From NCBI GenBank assembly GCA_963577695.1, contig CAUZAY010000002.1, forward strand, positions 1 through 53,194: a stretch of DNA of 53,194 nucleotides, read 5' to 3'. Shown piece by piece: positions 1-8,390 of this stretch. Every line of letters begins with the position of its first letter. Positions within the stretch are counted from its first letter, which is position 1. This DNA is from Vicinamibacteria bacterium (GTDB taxonomy: Bacteria; Acidobacteriota; Vicinamibacteria; Vicinamibacterales; UBA8438). The notes beneath the pieces were generated by a model. The model was not told the origin of the DNA, searched no databases, and saw only the letters and a program-made list of their open reading frames with translations. The position numbers were made by a program, and so were the translations under genes.

Positions 1-311
1 GTTTCAATCAGTTCACCGTCGGGGAGTCGGAACAACGCCTTGTCAGTGGACCCGTCCTTCGAAGCCAGGCACTGGACCGGGTCGAGCGGACTCATGACGT
101 AACGTCGCTTCAATGCCTCCCGGCACCGAAGCGAAAGAAACGTCATGTCGTCGAAGGATTCTCTCCGCTCGTGATACAGCGCACGCCACAGCTGCCCCGC
201 CTTGGAAGGCGCGTCACCCGTCCCAGCCACCAGCTCTGCCAGTTCGCTCTTGGAGAGGTTAAGCACGGTTGGACGCGACGGTTTCTGCGGCATGGTCGAA
301 ATGGCCTTCAT
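1..311 (-). CDS. rlmN: RlmN (23S rRNA/tRNA adenine-C2 methyltransferase), N-terminal part only; the gene runs off the left edge
   Basis: Absent from the ORF track because there is no in-window stop. Minus-strand translation from ATG 309-311 (alternative ATG 291-293) gives MKAISTMPQKPSRPTVLNLSKSELAELVAGTGDAPSKAGQLWRALYHERRESFDDMTFLSLRCREALKRRYVMSPLDPVQCLASKDGSTDKALFRLPDGELIE. This fits the conserved RlmN/Cfr N-terminal domain pattern (LxLsxxEL, QxWxxxY, FxxMTxL, SxDGTxKxLxxLxDGxxIE). The radical-SAM core lies outside the window. Confidence 0.6.
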   Translation of the reverse strand, partial: MKAISTMPQKPSRPTVLNLSKSELAELVAGTGDAPSKAGQLWRALYHERRESFDDMTFLSLRCREALKRRYVMSPLDPVQCLASKDGSTDKALFRLPDGELIE

Positions 312-337
312 CCGACGACCCGCCCGCCGGGCATCCG

Positions 338-1489
338 CTACCGGATCGTTAACCCGGCTTGCGACGCAATCTCGCGGATGCGTGTGGCATGCGTGGGGTT
401 GGTCCCCATGACCTCCCGCAGACGACGGACAATCTGCGCCTGCTCGGCGGCGCCCATCGAACTGGCGGCGGCAGCGGCCGCTTGCACCGCGGCATTGCAA
501 TCGGCCTCGTAGGTGATTGAGCCGCATTCCGCGGTCAAGTTCGCCAGGAGCGGCGCGGCGCCCGAACCCGTGACTGGCGAGCCACCGGCACCAGTGCTCC
601 CGAAACGCTCCTGTGCCTGCTGAATTTCGGCCGCGGCGCCGCGACGGATGTTCGCGCCCTCGGTAGCCGCCTGGAAGCAGGTGAAACCCGGGCGGTTTGC
701 CCAGCGGAGCGGCGCACAGGCATGAATACCAGCGTCCTGAGCGGCCTCCAGCACCTCCGTAATCAGCCCCTCGTACTCGGCATCGCCCTCACCAAAGCCA
801 GAGAAATTCCCGAGGTCGCCGCTCGCTGCGAACAATCCGGTCACGCCCGGCAGCTTGGCAATCTCGCGGGCGGCCTCCACGCCCTCCAACGTCTCGATCA
901 TCAGAAACAGGACGACATTGTCGTTCCAGGTCTGGCGATACCCACCGGGGACATCGTTCCACAGCTCACTGGGACCCTGGCCACCACCTGAGCTCCGTCG
1001 CCCGATGGGCGGAAAGTAGGTCCAGTCGACGGCCGCTTGCGCCTCCTCGACGGAATCGATGGTCGGTACCACGATCACCGCGGCCCCCATATCGGTCGCA
1101 TGCTGAATTTCACGCTCGTTGGCATACGCGACCCGCACGCCCGGCGCGGCCGGACCCGGACACGTGCGCCAGAACCGCGCCACCTGCTCCCACGAGATCG
1201 CTTCGTGCTGCATCTCGACCCAGATGAAGTCGTACCCCGCGGCCGCCATCGCGCAGTACGTGCGTGGGTCGGTGGCCCGCACGGTGCCCCCAATCATTGG
1301 GCCGCCCTCGATCAGCTTTCGCTTGGCCGGATTCCATATCTCGGACGTCTGCCCATCGGGGAGGGCGAACCGTGATCCATAGTCAAACTCATCCGCGCTG
1401 AAGTCCTGCGCCGCCGTATCCCGTGCCGTGGCGCCCACCAGGACACAGGTCGTGATCGTGACCAAGGTCAATAGCTGTTTCATGCTCAT
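338..1489 (-). CDS. Secreted HpcH/HpaI-family aldolase (TIM barrel) with an extra ~90-aa C-terminal tail
   Basis: ORF 338..1600 trimmed to ATG 1487-1489, which is preceded by AAGGGGA. N-terminus MSMKQLLTLVTITTCVLVGATARDTAAQ looks like a signal peptide. The core (YDFIWVEMQHEAISWEQV, VPTIDSVEEA, LFLMIETLEGVE) fits the HpcH/HpaI aldolase / citrate-lyase-beta family and is paralogous to 47622..48563. The Ala/Gly-rich tail (STGAGGSPVTGSG...THATRIREIASQAGLTIR) has no counterpart in the paralog. Confidence 0.75.
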   Translation of the reverse strand: MSMKQLLTLVTITTCVLVGATARDTAAQDFSADEFDYGSRFALPDGQTSEIWNPAKRKLIEGGPMIGGTVRATDPRTYCAMAAAGYDFIWVEMQHEAISWEQVARFWRTCPGPAAPGVRVAYANEREIQHATDMGAAVIVVPTIDSVEEAQAAVDWTYFPPIGRRSSGGGQGPSELWNDVPGGYRQTWNDNVVLFLMIETLEGVEAAREIAKLPGVTGLFAASGDLGNFSGFGEGDAEYEGLITEVLEAAQDAGIHACAPLRWANRPGFTCFQAATEGANIRRGAAAEIQQAQERFGSTGAGGSPVTGSGAAPLLANLTAECGSITYEADCNAAVQAAAAAASSMGAAEQAQIVRRLREVMGTNPTHATRIREIASQAGLTIR

Positions 1490-1643
1490 GGCATCCCCTT
1501 TTCGGTGGCATCCGCACAACGACAGGTCAACCGGCCTACCGCCGCTACGGGCGAAGTGTAATACGGGCTTGAGGACAGTGACCAAAATAAGCGTGCCCAC
1601 ATGGCGGACCTATTCTGGTCAGGGTCCTAACCTGAACGACTCT

Positions 1644-1659
1644 GAAATTCGAGAATTTC
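1644..1659. promoter_or_regulatory. AT-rich perfect inverted repeat GAAATTC-GA-GAATTTC upstream of the aldolase gene
   Basis: Read directly as 7+2+7 bp. It is conspicuous in GC-rich DNA and lies in the 190-bp gap between PQQ-DH A (stop 1682) and the aldolase start (1489). Candidate operator, no known cognate regulator. Confidence 0.3.
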
Positions 1660-1681
1660 GCGCCCACTCCGCCCCGCGCGG

Positions 1682-3640
1682 TCAGGGCAACGCCAACGCG
1701 ATCAGTTCCGGAGCGGCCGCTCCACCTCCTCCGCCAACGGCCACCACGATGTATTGCCGGCCATCGTGCAGGTAGGTCATCGGATTGCCGGTGGGCACGG
1801 CCGGGAGGGCCACGGATCCAAGGTAATCCCCGTTGCCCTTGTGGTACGCCGCCAGGGTACGCGCGCCTTCGGCCTGGTCGGCGACGTAGCGCCCGCCGGA
1901 ATTGACAATGAGCAGGGTTTTCGTCACGAGCGGGCCACCCGCATTGCCACCACTATGCCCCCCGAGCGCCGGCAGATGCAGATCCTTCAGGGCTGGGTGG
2001 GTCCGTGGGCCATCGCCATGCGGACTCATCCACGCGTGGTCTCCGGTGTTGAGATCGATCGCCGTGACCCGCTTGTACGGCGGCTTGACCAGTGGCAAGC
2101 CCTGCGGCCCGGGTACCGGCACCGCCCAGGTCTCGGTGAAGTAGCCGACCGTAGCGGGCGGAGCATACTCGATCAGTTCGACCGCCCTGAGTCGTGTTTG
2201 CGACGGCACGAACAGACGCCCCGACTCCGGGTCCACCGCTGACCCGGGCCAGTTCACGCCGCCCCCAGTGCCGGGGGCCTGAATCATCGGCCGTCCCTGG
2301 CCGCGCACGTTGGGCGGTGTAAACATCGGGCTCAACTGGCCGCGTTCGGCGATTCGAATCGCCTCTGCCCGCAGCTCGGGCGTGAAATCGATCAGGTCAT
2401 CGACCGTGATGCCCTGCAGGTCGAACGCCGCCGGCCGGGTCGGAAATGGCTGGGTCGGTGAGTACCACTCGCCGGGCGCGTCACCTGCGGGTACCGGTCG
2501 CTCTTCGATCGGCCAGACCGGCTGGCCGGTCACGCGGTCGAACACGTAGGTGAAGGCCTGCTTGCTCGTCTGCGCGATCGCCTTGATGTCACGTCCATCG
2601 ACGGTGATGTCGATCAGGTTCCCACCGGTCGGGAAGTCATAGTCCCAGAGTCCATGGTGCACCGCCTGGAAGTGCCACACCCGCTGGCCGGTCTCGGCGT
2701 CGACGGCCACGATGCTCTCGGCAAAGAGATTGTCGCCGTGGCGCATCCCGCCATACCAGTCGTTCGTCGGAGTGCTGACCGGCAAGTAGACGTAGCCCAG
2801 CTCTTCGTCGACCGGCATGTTGCCCCAGACATTCGTGTGGCCGCTGTATCGCCACGACCCGTTCTGCCACGAGTCGACGCCGAAGTCGTCACCTTGGGGG
2901 ATGGTGTGGAATATCCATTTCATGGCGCCCGTACGCGCGTCGAAGCCGCGCACGTGACCGGGCGGCGCCTCGCGGGTCGTGGTCTGGTCGGTCAAGGTAC
3001 TCCCCACGACGAGGGTGTCGCGCACCACGGCGACCGGGGTCGAATGCGTGATACGAGACCGGTCAATCTCTCGCCCGAGGCTCTGACTGAGATCGACGAT
3101 GCCGTTCTCACCGAAGGTCGGATACAACGCACCGGTGCGCGCGTTCAGCGCGATGAGTCGCAGGTCGTGCGTGGCGATGACGATACGGGCGTCGTCGCTC
3201 GTATCATCCTCCCAGTACGAAACGCCGCGATGCTGCCATCCGATGTTGGCCGGACGATCGAGTCGGTCGTAGCTGCGCGGATCGTATATCCAGACCGCCT
3301 TGCCGGTGCCGGGGTCGAGCGCCGCGACCTGCCCCAATGGGGTGCTGACATACAGCAGGCCGTCCACCATCAAGGGAGTCGCCTTGAACAGGCCTGGGGT
3401 TATCTCGTCGCGCGCTTCCGCCACTTCGGTAGAGACCGAGGTCCAGCGCCAGGCGATCTGGAGGTCGCTGAAGTTTGTGACGGTGATCTGGTCGAGGGGT
3501 GAGTACTTGGTGTTCGCCCCGTCCGCCCCATAGTGACGCCACTCACCCACCACGTCGGACTGGGCCAGCGCCGGGGCGGCCGCGACGACGAGCCACCCCG
3601 CCAACCCGAGAGACCACCGCCATCGACCATGTCGAATCAT
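1682..3640 (-). CDS. Soluble PQQ-dependent quinoprotein dehydrogenase, paralog A (signal peptide, no membrane anchor)
   Basis: 652-aa ORF with an ATG preceded by GAAGGAAGAG. Signal peptide MIRHGRWRWSLGLAGWLVVAAAPALAQS. Motifs WRHYGADGANTKYSPLDQI, AVHHGLWDYDFP, PVWPIEERPVP and SPTQPFPT are typical of the 8-bladed glucose/quinate/shikimate-type PQQ dehydrogenase catalytic domain. Confidence 0.9.
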   Translation of the reverse strand: MIRHGRWRWSLGLAGWLVVAAAPALAQSDVVGEWRHYGADGANTKYSPLDQITVTNFSDLQIAWRWTSVSTEVAEARDEITPGLFKATPLMVDGLLYVSTPLGQVAALDPGTGKAVWIYDPRSYDRLDRPANIGWQHRGVSYWEDDTSDDARIVIATHDLRLIALNARTGALYPTFGENGIVDLSQSLGREIDRSRITHSTPVAVVRDTLVVGSTLTDQTTTREAPPGHVRGFDARTGAMKWIFHTIPQGDDFGVDSWQNGSWRYSGHTNVWGNMPVDEELGYVYLPVSTPTNDWYGGMRHGDNLFAESIVAVDAETGQRVWHFQAVHHGLWDYDFPTGGNLIDITVDGRDIKAIAQTSKQAFTYVFDRVTGQPVWPIEERPVPAGDAPGEWYSPTQPFPTRPAAFDLQGITVDDLIDFTPELRAEAIRIAERGQLSPMFTPPNVRGQGRPMIQAPGTGGGVNWPGSAVDPESGRLFVPSQTRLRAVELIEYAPPATVGYFTETWAVPVPGPQGLPLVKPPYKRVTAIDLNTGDHAWMSPHGDGPRTHPALKDLHLPALGGHSGGNAGGPLVTKTLLIVNSGGRYVADQAEGARTLAAYHKGNGDYLGSVALPAVPTGNPMTYLHDGRQYIVVAVGGGGGAAAPELIALALP

Positions 3641-3661
3641 CGCTCTTCCTTCGCCAGCCCG

Positions 3662-3678
3662 TCACACGCGGCGTGTGA
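3662..3678. promoter_or_regulatory. Perfect 8+1+8 palindrome TCACACGC-G-GCGTGTGA in the leader/promoter of PQQ-DH A
   Basis: Read directly, 22 bp upstream of the start codon at 3640. Related CACACGC(C) strings occur in the leaders of PQQ-DH B (3838-3847) and PQQ-DH C (10374-10381). Confidence 0.3.
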
Positions 3679-3705
3679 AGTCCCGGCAGAAAACAGGTGA
3701 GACCC

Positions 3706-3756
3706 TGTGGCGCAGGCCTTTAGGCCTGCGATCGCACGGCTGAAGCCGTGCGCCAC
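3706..3756. repeat. REP-like double hairpin in the divergent intergenic region
   Basis: CGCAGGCC-TTTA-GGCCTGCG (3711-3730) and GCACGGC-TGAA-GCCGTGC (3734-3751), with competing outer pairing GTGGCGC/GCGCCAC. The 15-mer TGTGGCGCAGGCCTT recurs at 6928-6942. Confidence 0.45.
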
Positions 3757-3826
3757 GCAGTGCCGACGCTGTCGTTCACCTGCGCGATTCTACCAGCGGA
3801 TGTCAGCCCCGGAGCGCGCACGACCG

Positions 3827-3832
3827 TATAAT
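3827..3832 (+). promoter_or_regulatory. Candidate -10 box TATAAT for the PQQ-DH B operon
   Basis: The exact TATAAT hexamer is rare in this GC-rich DNA. It lies 61 nt upstream of ATG 3893 and is followed by CGAATCAC, like the modules at 12846 and 42382. Confidence 0.4.
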
Positions 3833-3892
3833 CGAATCACACACGCTGGCAGGCCGTGAGCCGCTACTGCCGCGGCGGGCAAGGAGAACATC

Positions 3893-5869
3893 ATGACGAA
3901 CTCGACGCCGTTTCTCGCAGGCGTAGCGTGGTGCGCGCTGACGCTGGCACCGTCGATTGCCGTCGGCCAGTATGGCGCCACCGAGGGCGAGTGGCGGACC
4001 TACGCGGGCGACCAGGGCAGCACGAAATACTCGCCGCTCGACCAGATTGATGCAACGAACTTCGGCGACCTGCAGGTCGCCTGGCGCTGGCAGTCCGCCG
4101 ACGGGGCGCTCGATCTCGACGCTCTCCGCGAACAACGTTCCGGGGTGTCCATCAACGGCATCCAGGCCACGCCGCTCATGGTCGGCGGCACCCTGTATCT
4201 GTCGACCGCGATGTATCAGGCAGCCGCCGTCGACGCCGGTACCGGCGAGACCGTCTGGATCTACGATCCCCGGGTCTATGAGGGCGGAGAGCCGACCCAC
4301 GGTTACGGGTCGCGGGGTGTGGCCTATTGGACCGACGGACAGGACGAGCGCATCTTCTGGGGCACCAGCGAGGGCTACCTGCACGCCGTCGACGCCAAGA
4401 CCGGGCAGCCGCCCCCCACGTTCGGCACCAATGGCCGAGTCGATCTCACCGAGGGCATTCCTCGAGCCACTCGCGGAGACATGAATTACCAGGGACGCAA
4501 CCTGCTCGGGGTCAAGTCGCCGCCAGTCGTTCTCCGCGACGTGGTCGTCGCCCCAACCATCATTTCGGACTTTGTCGTCAAGAAGGAGGCGCCGCCCGGC
4601 TGGTTGAAAGGGATCGACGCACGCACCGGCGACACCAAGTGGATGTTCCGGACCGTACCGCAAGCTGACGACTTCGGCGCCGACACCTGGGAGAACGAGT
4701 CGTGGCGCTATTCGGGCAACGTCAACGTGTGGCCACCGATGAGTGCCGACGAAGAAACCGGATATCTCTACCTCCCCACCGGCACGCCCACCAGCGACTA
4801 CTACGGGGGGCACCGCCTGGGCGACAACCTGTTCGCCGAGAGCATCGTCGCGCTCGACATTGAGACCGGCCAGCGCATGTGGCACTTCCAGGCGGTGCAT
4901 CATGGTGTATGGGACTACGACTTCCCCGCAGCGCCGAATCTGGTCGACATCACCGTTGACGGGCGTCGTATCAAAGCGCTGGCCCAGGTCAGCAAGCAGG
5001 CGTTCACCTACGTCTTCGACCGCGTCACCGGCGAACCGGTCTGGCCGATCGAAGAGCGTCCGGTGGAGACCGACACCGATCTGGACGGCGACGTGCTGTC
5101 GCCGACCCAACCATTCCCGACCAAACCACCACCGTTCGACTATCAGGGCGTCACCATCGATGATCTGGCCGACTTCACCCCGGAGATCCGGGCGATGGCG
5201 ATCGAGGCGGTGCGGGACTTCCGACTCGGCCCCCTGTTTACGCCGCCGATGCAAAGCAGAGACGGCGGGCTGCAAGGCACCATTCAACGACCACAGATCG
5301 GTGGCTCAGCGAGTTGGAGCGGCGCGGCCTTCGACCCGGAGACGGGCCTTCTGTATGTGCCCTCGGAAAACCGGCTGTCGGTGCTGAAGTACTACACGCC
5401 GGACCCAGGGGCGGGTGGGAACCTGCGGTTCACCCAGGCCGAATTCGGCAGCGGCAAGCAGCCCGCGCTGCCCCAAGGTCTGCCGCTGCTCAAGCCGCCC
5501 TATTCGCGGATGACGGCCATTGATCTCAACGAAGGTGACCATGCCTGGATGCGACCGAACGGCGACGGCGACCGGTTCCGTCGGCACCCGCAACTGCGCG
5601 ACCTCGATCTTCCACCCCTGGGAGGCGAGGGACACGGCGGCCCGTTGCTGACCAAGACCTTGCTCGTCAGTGCGTTGTCGGCCGGCGGCTCGACCGGGGG
5701 CCCCAGGCTGATTGCGCGCGACAAGGCCAGCGGCGAGATCGTCGGGTCGCTGGATCTCCCCGGCGGCGCCATCGGCACGCCGATGACCTATCTGGACGAC
5801 GGTGTCCAGTACATTGCGCTGACCGTTGGTGGCGAAGTGCCAGAACTGATCGCGCTGCGGCTACCGTAG
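3893..5869 (+). CDS. Soluble PQQ-dependent quinoprotein dehydrogenase, paralog B
   Basis: 658 aa, RBS AAGGAG, signal-like MTNSTPFLAGVAWCALTLAPSIAVGQ. Motifs WRTYAGDQGSTKYSPLDQI, AVHHGVWDYDFP, PVWPIEERPV. Closest in sequence to paralog A, which is transcribed divergently. Confidence 0.9.
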   Translation: MTNSTPFLAGVAWCALTLAPSIAVGQYGATEGEWRTYAGDQGSTKYSPLDQIDATNFGDLQVAWRWQSADGALDLDALREQRSGVSINGIQATPLMVGGTLYLSTAMYQAAAVDAGTGETVWIYDPRVYEGGEPTHGYGSRGVAYWTDGQDERIFWGTSEGYLHAVDAKTGQPPPTFGTNGRVDLTEGIPRATRGDMNYQGRNLLGVKSPPVVLRDVVVAPTIISDFVVKKEAPPGWLKGIDARTGDTKWMFRTVPQADDFGADTWENESWRYSGNVNVWPPMSADEETGYLYLPTGTPTSDYYGGHRLGDNLFAESIVALDIETGQRMWHFQAVHHGVWDYDFPAAPNLVDITVDGRRIKALAQVSKQAFTYVFDRVTGEPVWPIEERPVETDTDLDGDVLSPTQPFPTKPPPFDYQGVTIDDLADFTPEIRAMAIEAVRDFRLGPLFTPPMQSRDGGLQGTIQRPQIGGSASWSGAAFDPETGLLYVPSENRLSVLKYYTPDPGAGGNLRFTQAEFGSGKQPALPQGLPLLKPPYSRMTAIDLNEGDHAWMRPNGDGDRFRRHPQLRDLDLPPLGGEGHGGPLLTKTLLVSALSAGGSTGGPRLIARDKASGEIVGSLDLPGGAIGTPMTYLDDGVQYIALTVGGEVPELIALRLP

Positions 5870-5881
5870 GGAGAACGACCG

Positions 5882-6907
5882 ATGCCAAGAATACCGCTGC
5901 GGCCGTTAGGTCTCGTCGCGATCGGCGTTGCGCTCGCCACCGTGGGCGCCTCGGGGGTCCAGCCGGCGCAGCGGCCCGTCGGCGAGAGGCCGGCGGTGAC
6001 CAAGGCTGACGTTGAGCGGTGGAAGCAGGAACTGACGAACTGGGGCCGGTGGGGTCCGGACGACGAGATCGGCACCCTCAACCTGATTACTCCGGACAAG
6101 CGAAGGCAGGCTACCGCGCTCGTGCGGGACGGCATTTCGGTCTCACTCGCGCGTGACGCCGAGACGGAAGCGGCGGTCGACAATCCGCGTCCCTATCAGG
6201 TGACCCCCCTCGGCATCACCGCAGACGAGATTCGTATCGCGTACCACGGCTTCATGCACACGCACCTCGATTTTCTCAATCACAACTTCATCGGGGAGGG
6301 TGTGACCTACAACGGCTACGCGCCAGACCCGACCGTGGTCGCGGCCGAGGGTGGGCACGCCAGGAACACCGTGCACAACGCGAAGCACGGCATCGTGACG
6401 CGTGGGCTGCTCATCGACATGGCCCGGTTCAAGAACGTGCCGTATCTCGACCCGGGAACGCCGATCTATATCGAAGACCTGGAGGCGTGGGAGGCCGAAA
6501 CCGGCTTGCGGGTGTCCTCCGGTGACGCGGTCGTGATCCGCACTGGCCGATGGGCGCGGCGGGCGGAGGTCGGGCCATGGGACATCGCAAACGATGCGGC
6601 CGGACTGCACGCATCCGTGATTCCATGGCTCAAGCAGCGCGACATCGCGCTCCTCGGCGGCGAAGCGCCTCAAGACGTCGCGCCGGCCGGTATCGACCCA
6701 GCCGTGACCGTCGCCGACGACCTCGGTCCGCGACCGCTGCACCGGTTCGCCTTGATCTATCTGGGCATGCCACTGTTCGACAATCTCGACCTCGAGGCGT
6801 TGGGTAAGGTGGCCGCCGCCAGAAACCGGTGGGAGTTCCTCCTGACCGCTGCCCCTCTGCCGACGCGTGGCACCGGATCGCCCATCAACCCCATTGCCAC
6901 CTTCTAG
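5882..6907 (+). CDS. Cyclase-family protein (kynurenine-formamidase-like fold), exported
   Basis: Starts 12 nt after PQQ-DH B, RBS GGGAGA, signal-like MPRIPLRPLGLVAIGVALATVGASG. NWGRWGPDDEIGTLNLITPDKRRQA and HTHLDFLNH match the putative-cyclase family signature (THxDxxxH). Confidence 0.8.
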   Translation: MPRIPLRPLGLVAIGVALATVGASGVQPAQRPVGERPAVTKADVERWKQELTNWGRWGPDDEIGTLNLITPDKRRQATALVRDGISVSLARDAETEAAVDNPRPYQVTPLGITADEIRIAYHGFMHTHLDFLNHNFIGEGVTYNGYAPDPTVVAAEGGHARNTVHNAKHGIVTRGLLIDMARFKNVPYLDPGTPIYIEDLEAWEAETGLRVSSGDAVVIRTGRWARRAEVGPWDIANDAAGLHASVIPWLKQRDIALLGGEAPQDVAPAGIDPAVTVADDLGPRPLHRFALIYLGMPLFDNLDLEALGKVAAARNRWEFLLTAAPLPTRGTGSPINPIATF

Positions 6908-6942
6908 GGGTTTCCGGGCGAGGCCCGTGTGGCGCAGGCCTT
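6908..6942. repeat. Short repeat relic: arm-like GGGTTTCCGGGCGAGGC plus TGTGGCGCAGGCCTT
   Basis: Lies directly after the cyclase stop codon. The first 17 nt match the left arm of the 47497 element at 14/17. The 15-mer at 6928-6942 is identical to 3706-3720. Confidence 0.35.
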
Positions 6943-6974
6943 CGGCACCCTCTCGATGAAAGGAATCTAACGGC

Positions 6975-7553
6975 ATGAGCGATCAACCACGCGTCCTCGC
7001 CTTCGCGGGCAGTGCCCGCACGGACTCGTTCAATGTGAAACTCGTGAACATCGCGGCGGAGGGAGCCAAGGAGGCCGAGGCGGAGGTCACCGTCCTGAAC
7101 CTGAAAGACTTTCCCATGCCGCTCTTCAACCAGGATCTCGAGGCGGCCGAGGGCCCTCCGAAGCAGGCCACCCGACTCAAAGGCATCATGCTGGCTCACG
7201 AGGGGTTGTTGATTGCCTCACCTGAATACAACAGCTCGATCTCACCACTGCTCAAGAACACCATCGACTGGGTGTCGAGGCCCGCTGACGGCGAGCCGAT
7301 GCTCGCGGTGTACCGGGACAAGGTAGCGGCCGTGATGAGCGCCTCACCTGGGGGCTTGGGCGGACTACGCGGCCTGGTTCACTTACGATCCATTCTGTCG
7401 AATATGGGTGTGCTCGTCATACCCGACCAAGTCGCCGTCACCCAGGCCGACTCCGCGTTCGATGACCACGGCAACCTCCTGGATGCCAAGCGGCAAACGT
7501 CCGTTCAGGGCCTCGGGCGAAGCGTTGTGAAGCTGGTCGGCTGGAACCGCTAA
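6975..7553 (+). CDS. NAD(P)H-dependent FMN reductase family oxidoreductase
   Basis: 192 aa. RVLAFAGSARTDSFNVKL, SPEYNSSISPLLKNTIDWVSR and a flavodoxin-like layout. RBS AAAGGAA. Confidence 0.85.
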   Translation: MSDQPRVLAFAGSARTDSFNVKLVNIAAEGAKEAEAEVTVLNLKDFPMPLFNQDLEAAEGPPKQATRLKGIMLAHEGLLIASPEYNSSISPLLKNTIDWVSRPADGEPMLAVYRDKVAAVMSASPGGLGGLRGLVHLRSILSNMGVLVIPDQVAVTQADSAFDDHGNLLDAKRQTSVQGLGRSVVKLVGWNR

Positions 7554-7577
7554 CCCTCATCAGCACGAGGAGTAACG

Positions 7578-8378
7578 ATGATGATCAATCGTGGAATGGC
7601 TGCGTGCGTACTCATGACACTGACCGCCGGCGCCGGGTGCGCCGGGAACGACGCGACAGACGCGGCCGAAGTCAGCCAAGGCCCTGCGTCACCGGCGATC
7701 AGCGATCTGTATGCGGGGTCGCCGTATCTCGGCGAACTGCGCAACAGTCTGGTCTACGGCGAGATCTGGGAGCGACCACAACTCTCGAAGCGCGACCGGA
7801 GTCTCATTACGGTCGCGGTGCTTCAGGCCCTGGTCCGCGACGAACTCGCGCTTCACGTGCCGCGGGGACTCGACAACGGACTCACGCCTGAGGAAATCTC
7901 CGAAATCATCCTCCACGTCACCTTCTACGCCGGCTGGCCAACCGGGGTACAGGCCTCGCTGACCGCGGCCGAGGTCTTCGCAGAGCGCGGCCTGTCGCTC
8001 GGCCCGCTGGCCCGGGCACCGGCCGTCGCCGACCGTCCCGACACGCCCGCCACGGCAAGCGGTGCCTATGCGGCGGTGCCACGGTTGGGGGAACTGCGGA
8101 ACAGCCTGCTCTATGGCGATATCTGGGAGCGGCCCCAGCTGTCCAAGCGTGACCGGAGCCTGATCACGGTGGCGGTGACCCAGGCGCTCTATGCCACGAG
8201 CGAACTACGCACCCACATCGGGCGGGCGCTCGACGAAAACGGCGTGACCCCGCAGGAGCTGTCAGAGGTGATCCTGCACGTCACCTTCTATGCCGGCTGG
8301 CCGAAGGCGGTCAACGCGGGGCGACTGGCGTCCGAGGCGTTCGAAGCTCGCGGAGTGTCGTTCGCCGACCTCGAGTAG
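7578..8378 (+). CDS. Lipoprotein/exported protein with two tandem carboxymuconolactone-decarboxylase (CMD/AhpD-like) domains
   Basis: RBS GAGGAG, lipobox-like LTAGAGC. The internal duplication is read directly: LGELRNSLVYGEIWERPQLSKRDRSLITVAVLQAL...EIILHVTFYAGWP versus LGELRNSLLYGDIWERPQLSKRDRSLITVAVTQAL...EVILHVTFYAGWP. Confidence 0.8.
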   Translation: MMINRGMAACVLMTLTAGAGCAGNDATDAAEVSQGPASPAISDLYAGSPYLGELRNSLVYGEIWERPQLSKRDRSLITVAVLQALVRDELALHVPRGLDNGLTPEEISEIILHVTFYAGWPTGVQASLTAAEVFAERGLSLGPLARAPAVADRPDTPATASGAYAAVPRLGELRNSLLYGDIWERPQLSKRDRSLITVAVTQALYATSELRTHIGRALDENGVTPQELSEVILHVTFYAGWPKAVNAGRLASEAFEARGVSFADLE

Positions 8379-8390
8379 GGACACTCGGCG

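Noticed and set aside
171-512. Plus-strand ORFs at the left edge (171-512, 202-411).
   Set aside because: They are antisense to the rlmN 5' end and the aldolase 3' end, with no motifs.
1490-1600. N-terminal extensions of track ORFs: 338-1600, 8391-10454, 13110-14114, 15044-15910, 18691-19737, 19819-20430, 20232-21509, 21509-22585, 23433-26132, 27334-28275, 30386-31681, 42418-42705, 49606-51771.
   Set aside because: The family-typical N-termini or signal peptides, together with good RBS sequences, begin at internal start codons. The upstream codons are low-complexity read-through of intergenic DNA or overlap neighbouring genes.
3803-5287. Long antisense ORFs opposite real genes. Examples: 3803-5287(-), 2654-3502(+), 9624-10526(+), 10931-11821(-), 17647-19440(+), 21506-22552(-), 23475-25451(+), 34248-35324(+), 44375-45355(-), 50458-51225(-).
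   Set aside because: They overlap strongly supported genes on the other strand and are Arg/Pro/Gly/Ala-rich with no recognisable motifs. They are the stop-poor shadow frames expected in high-GC DNA.
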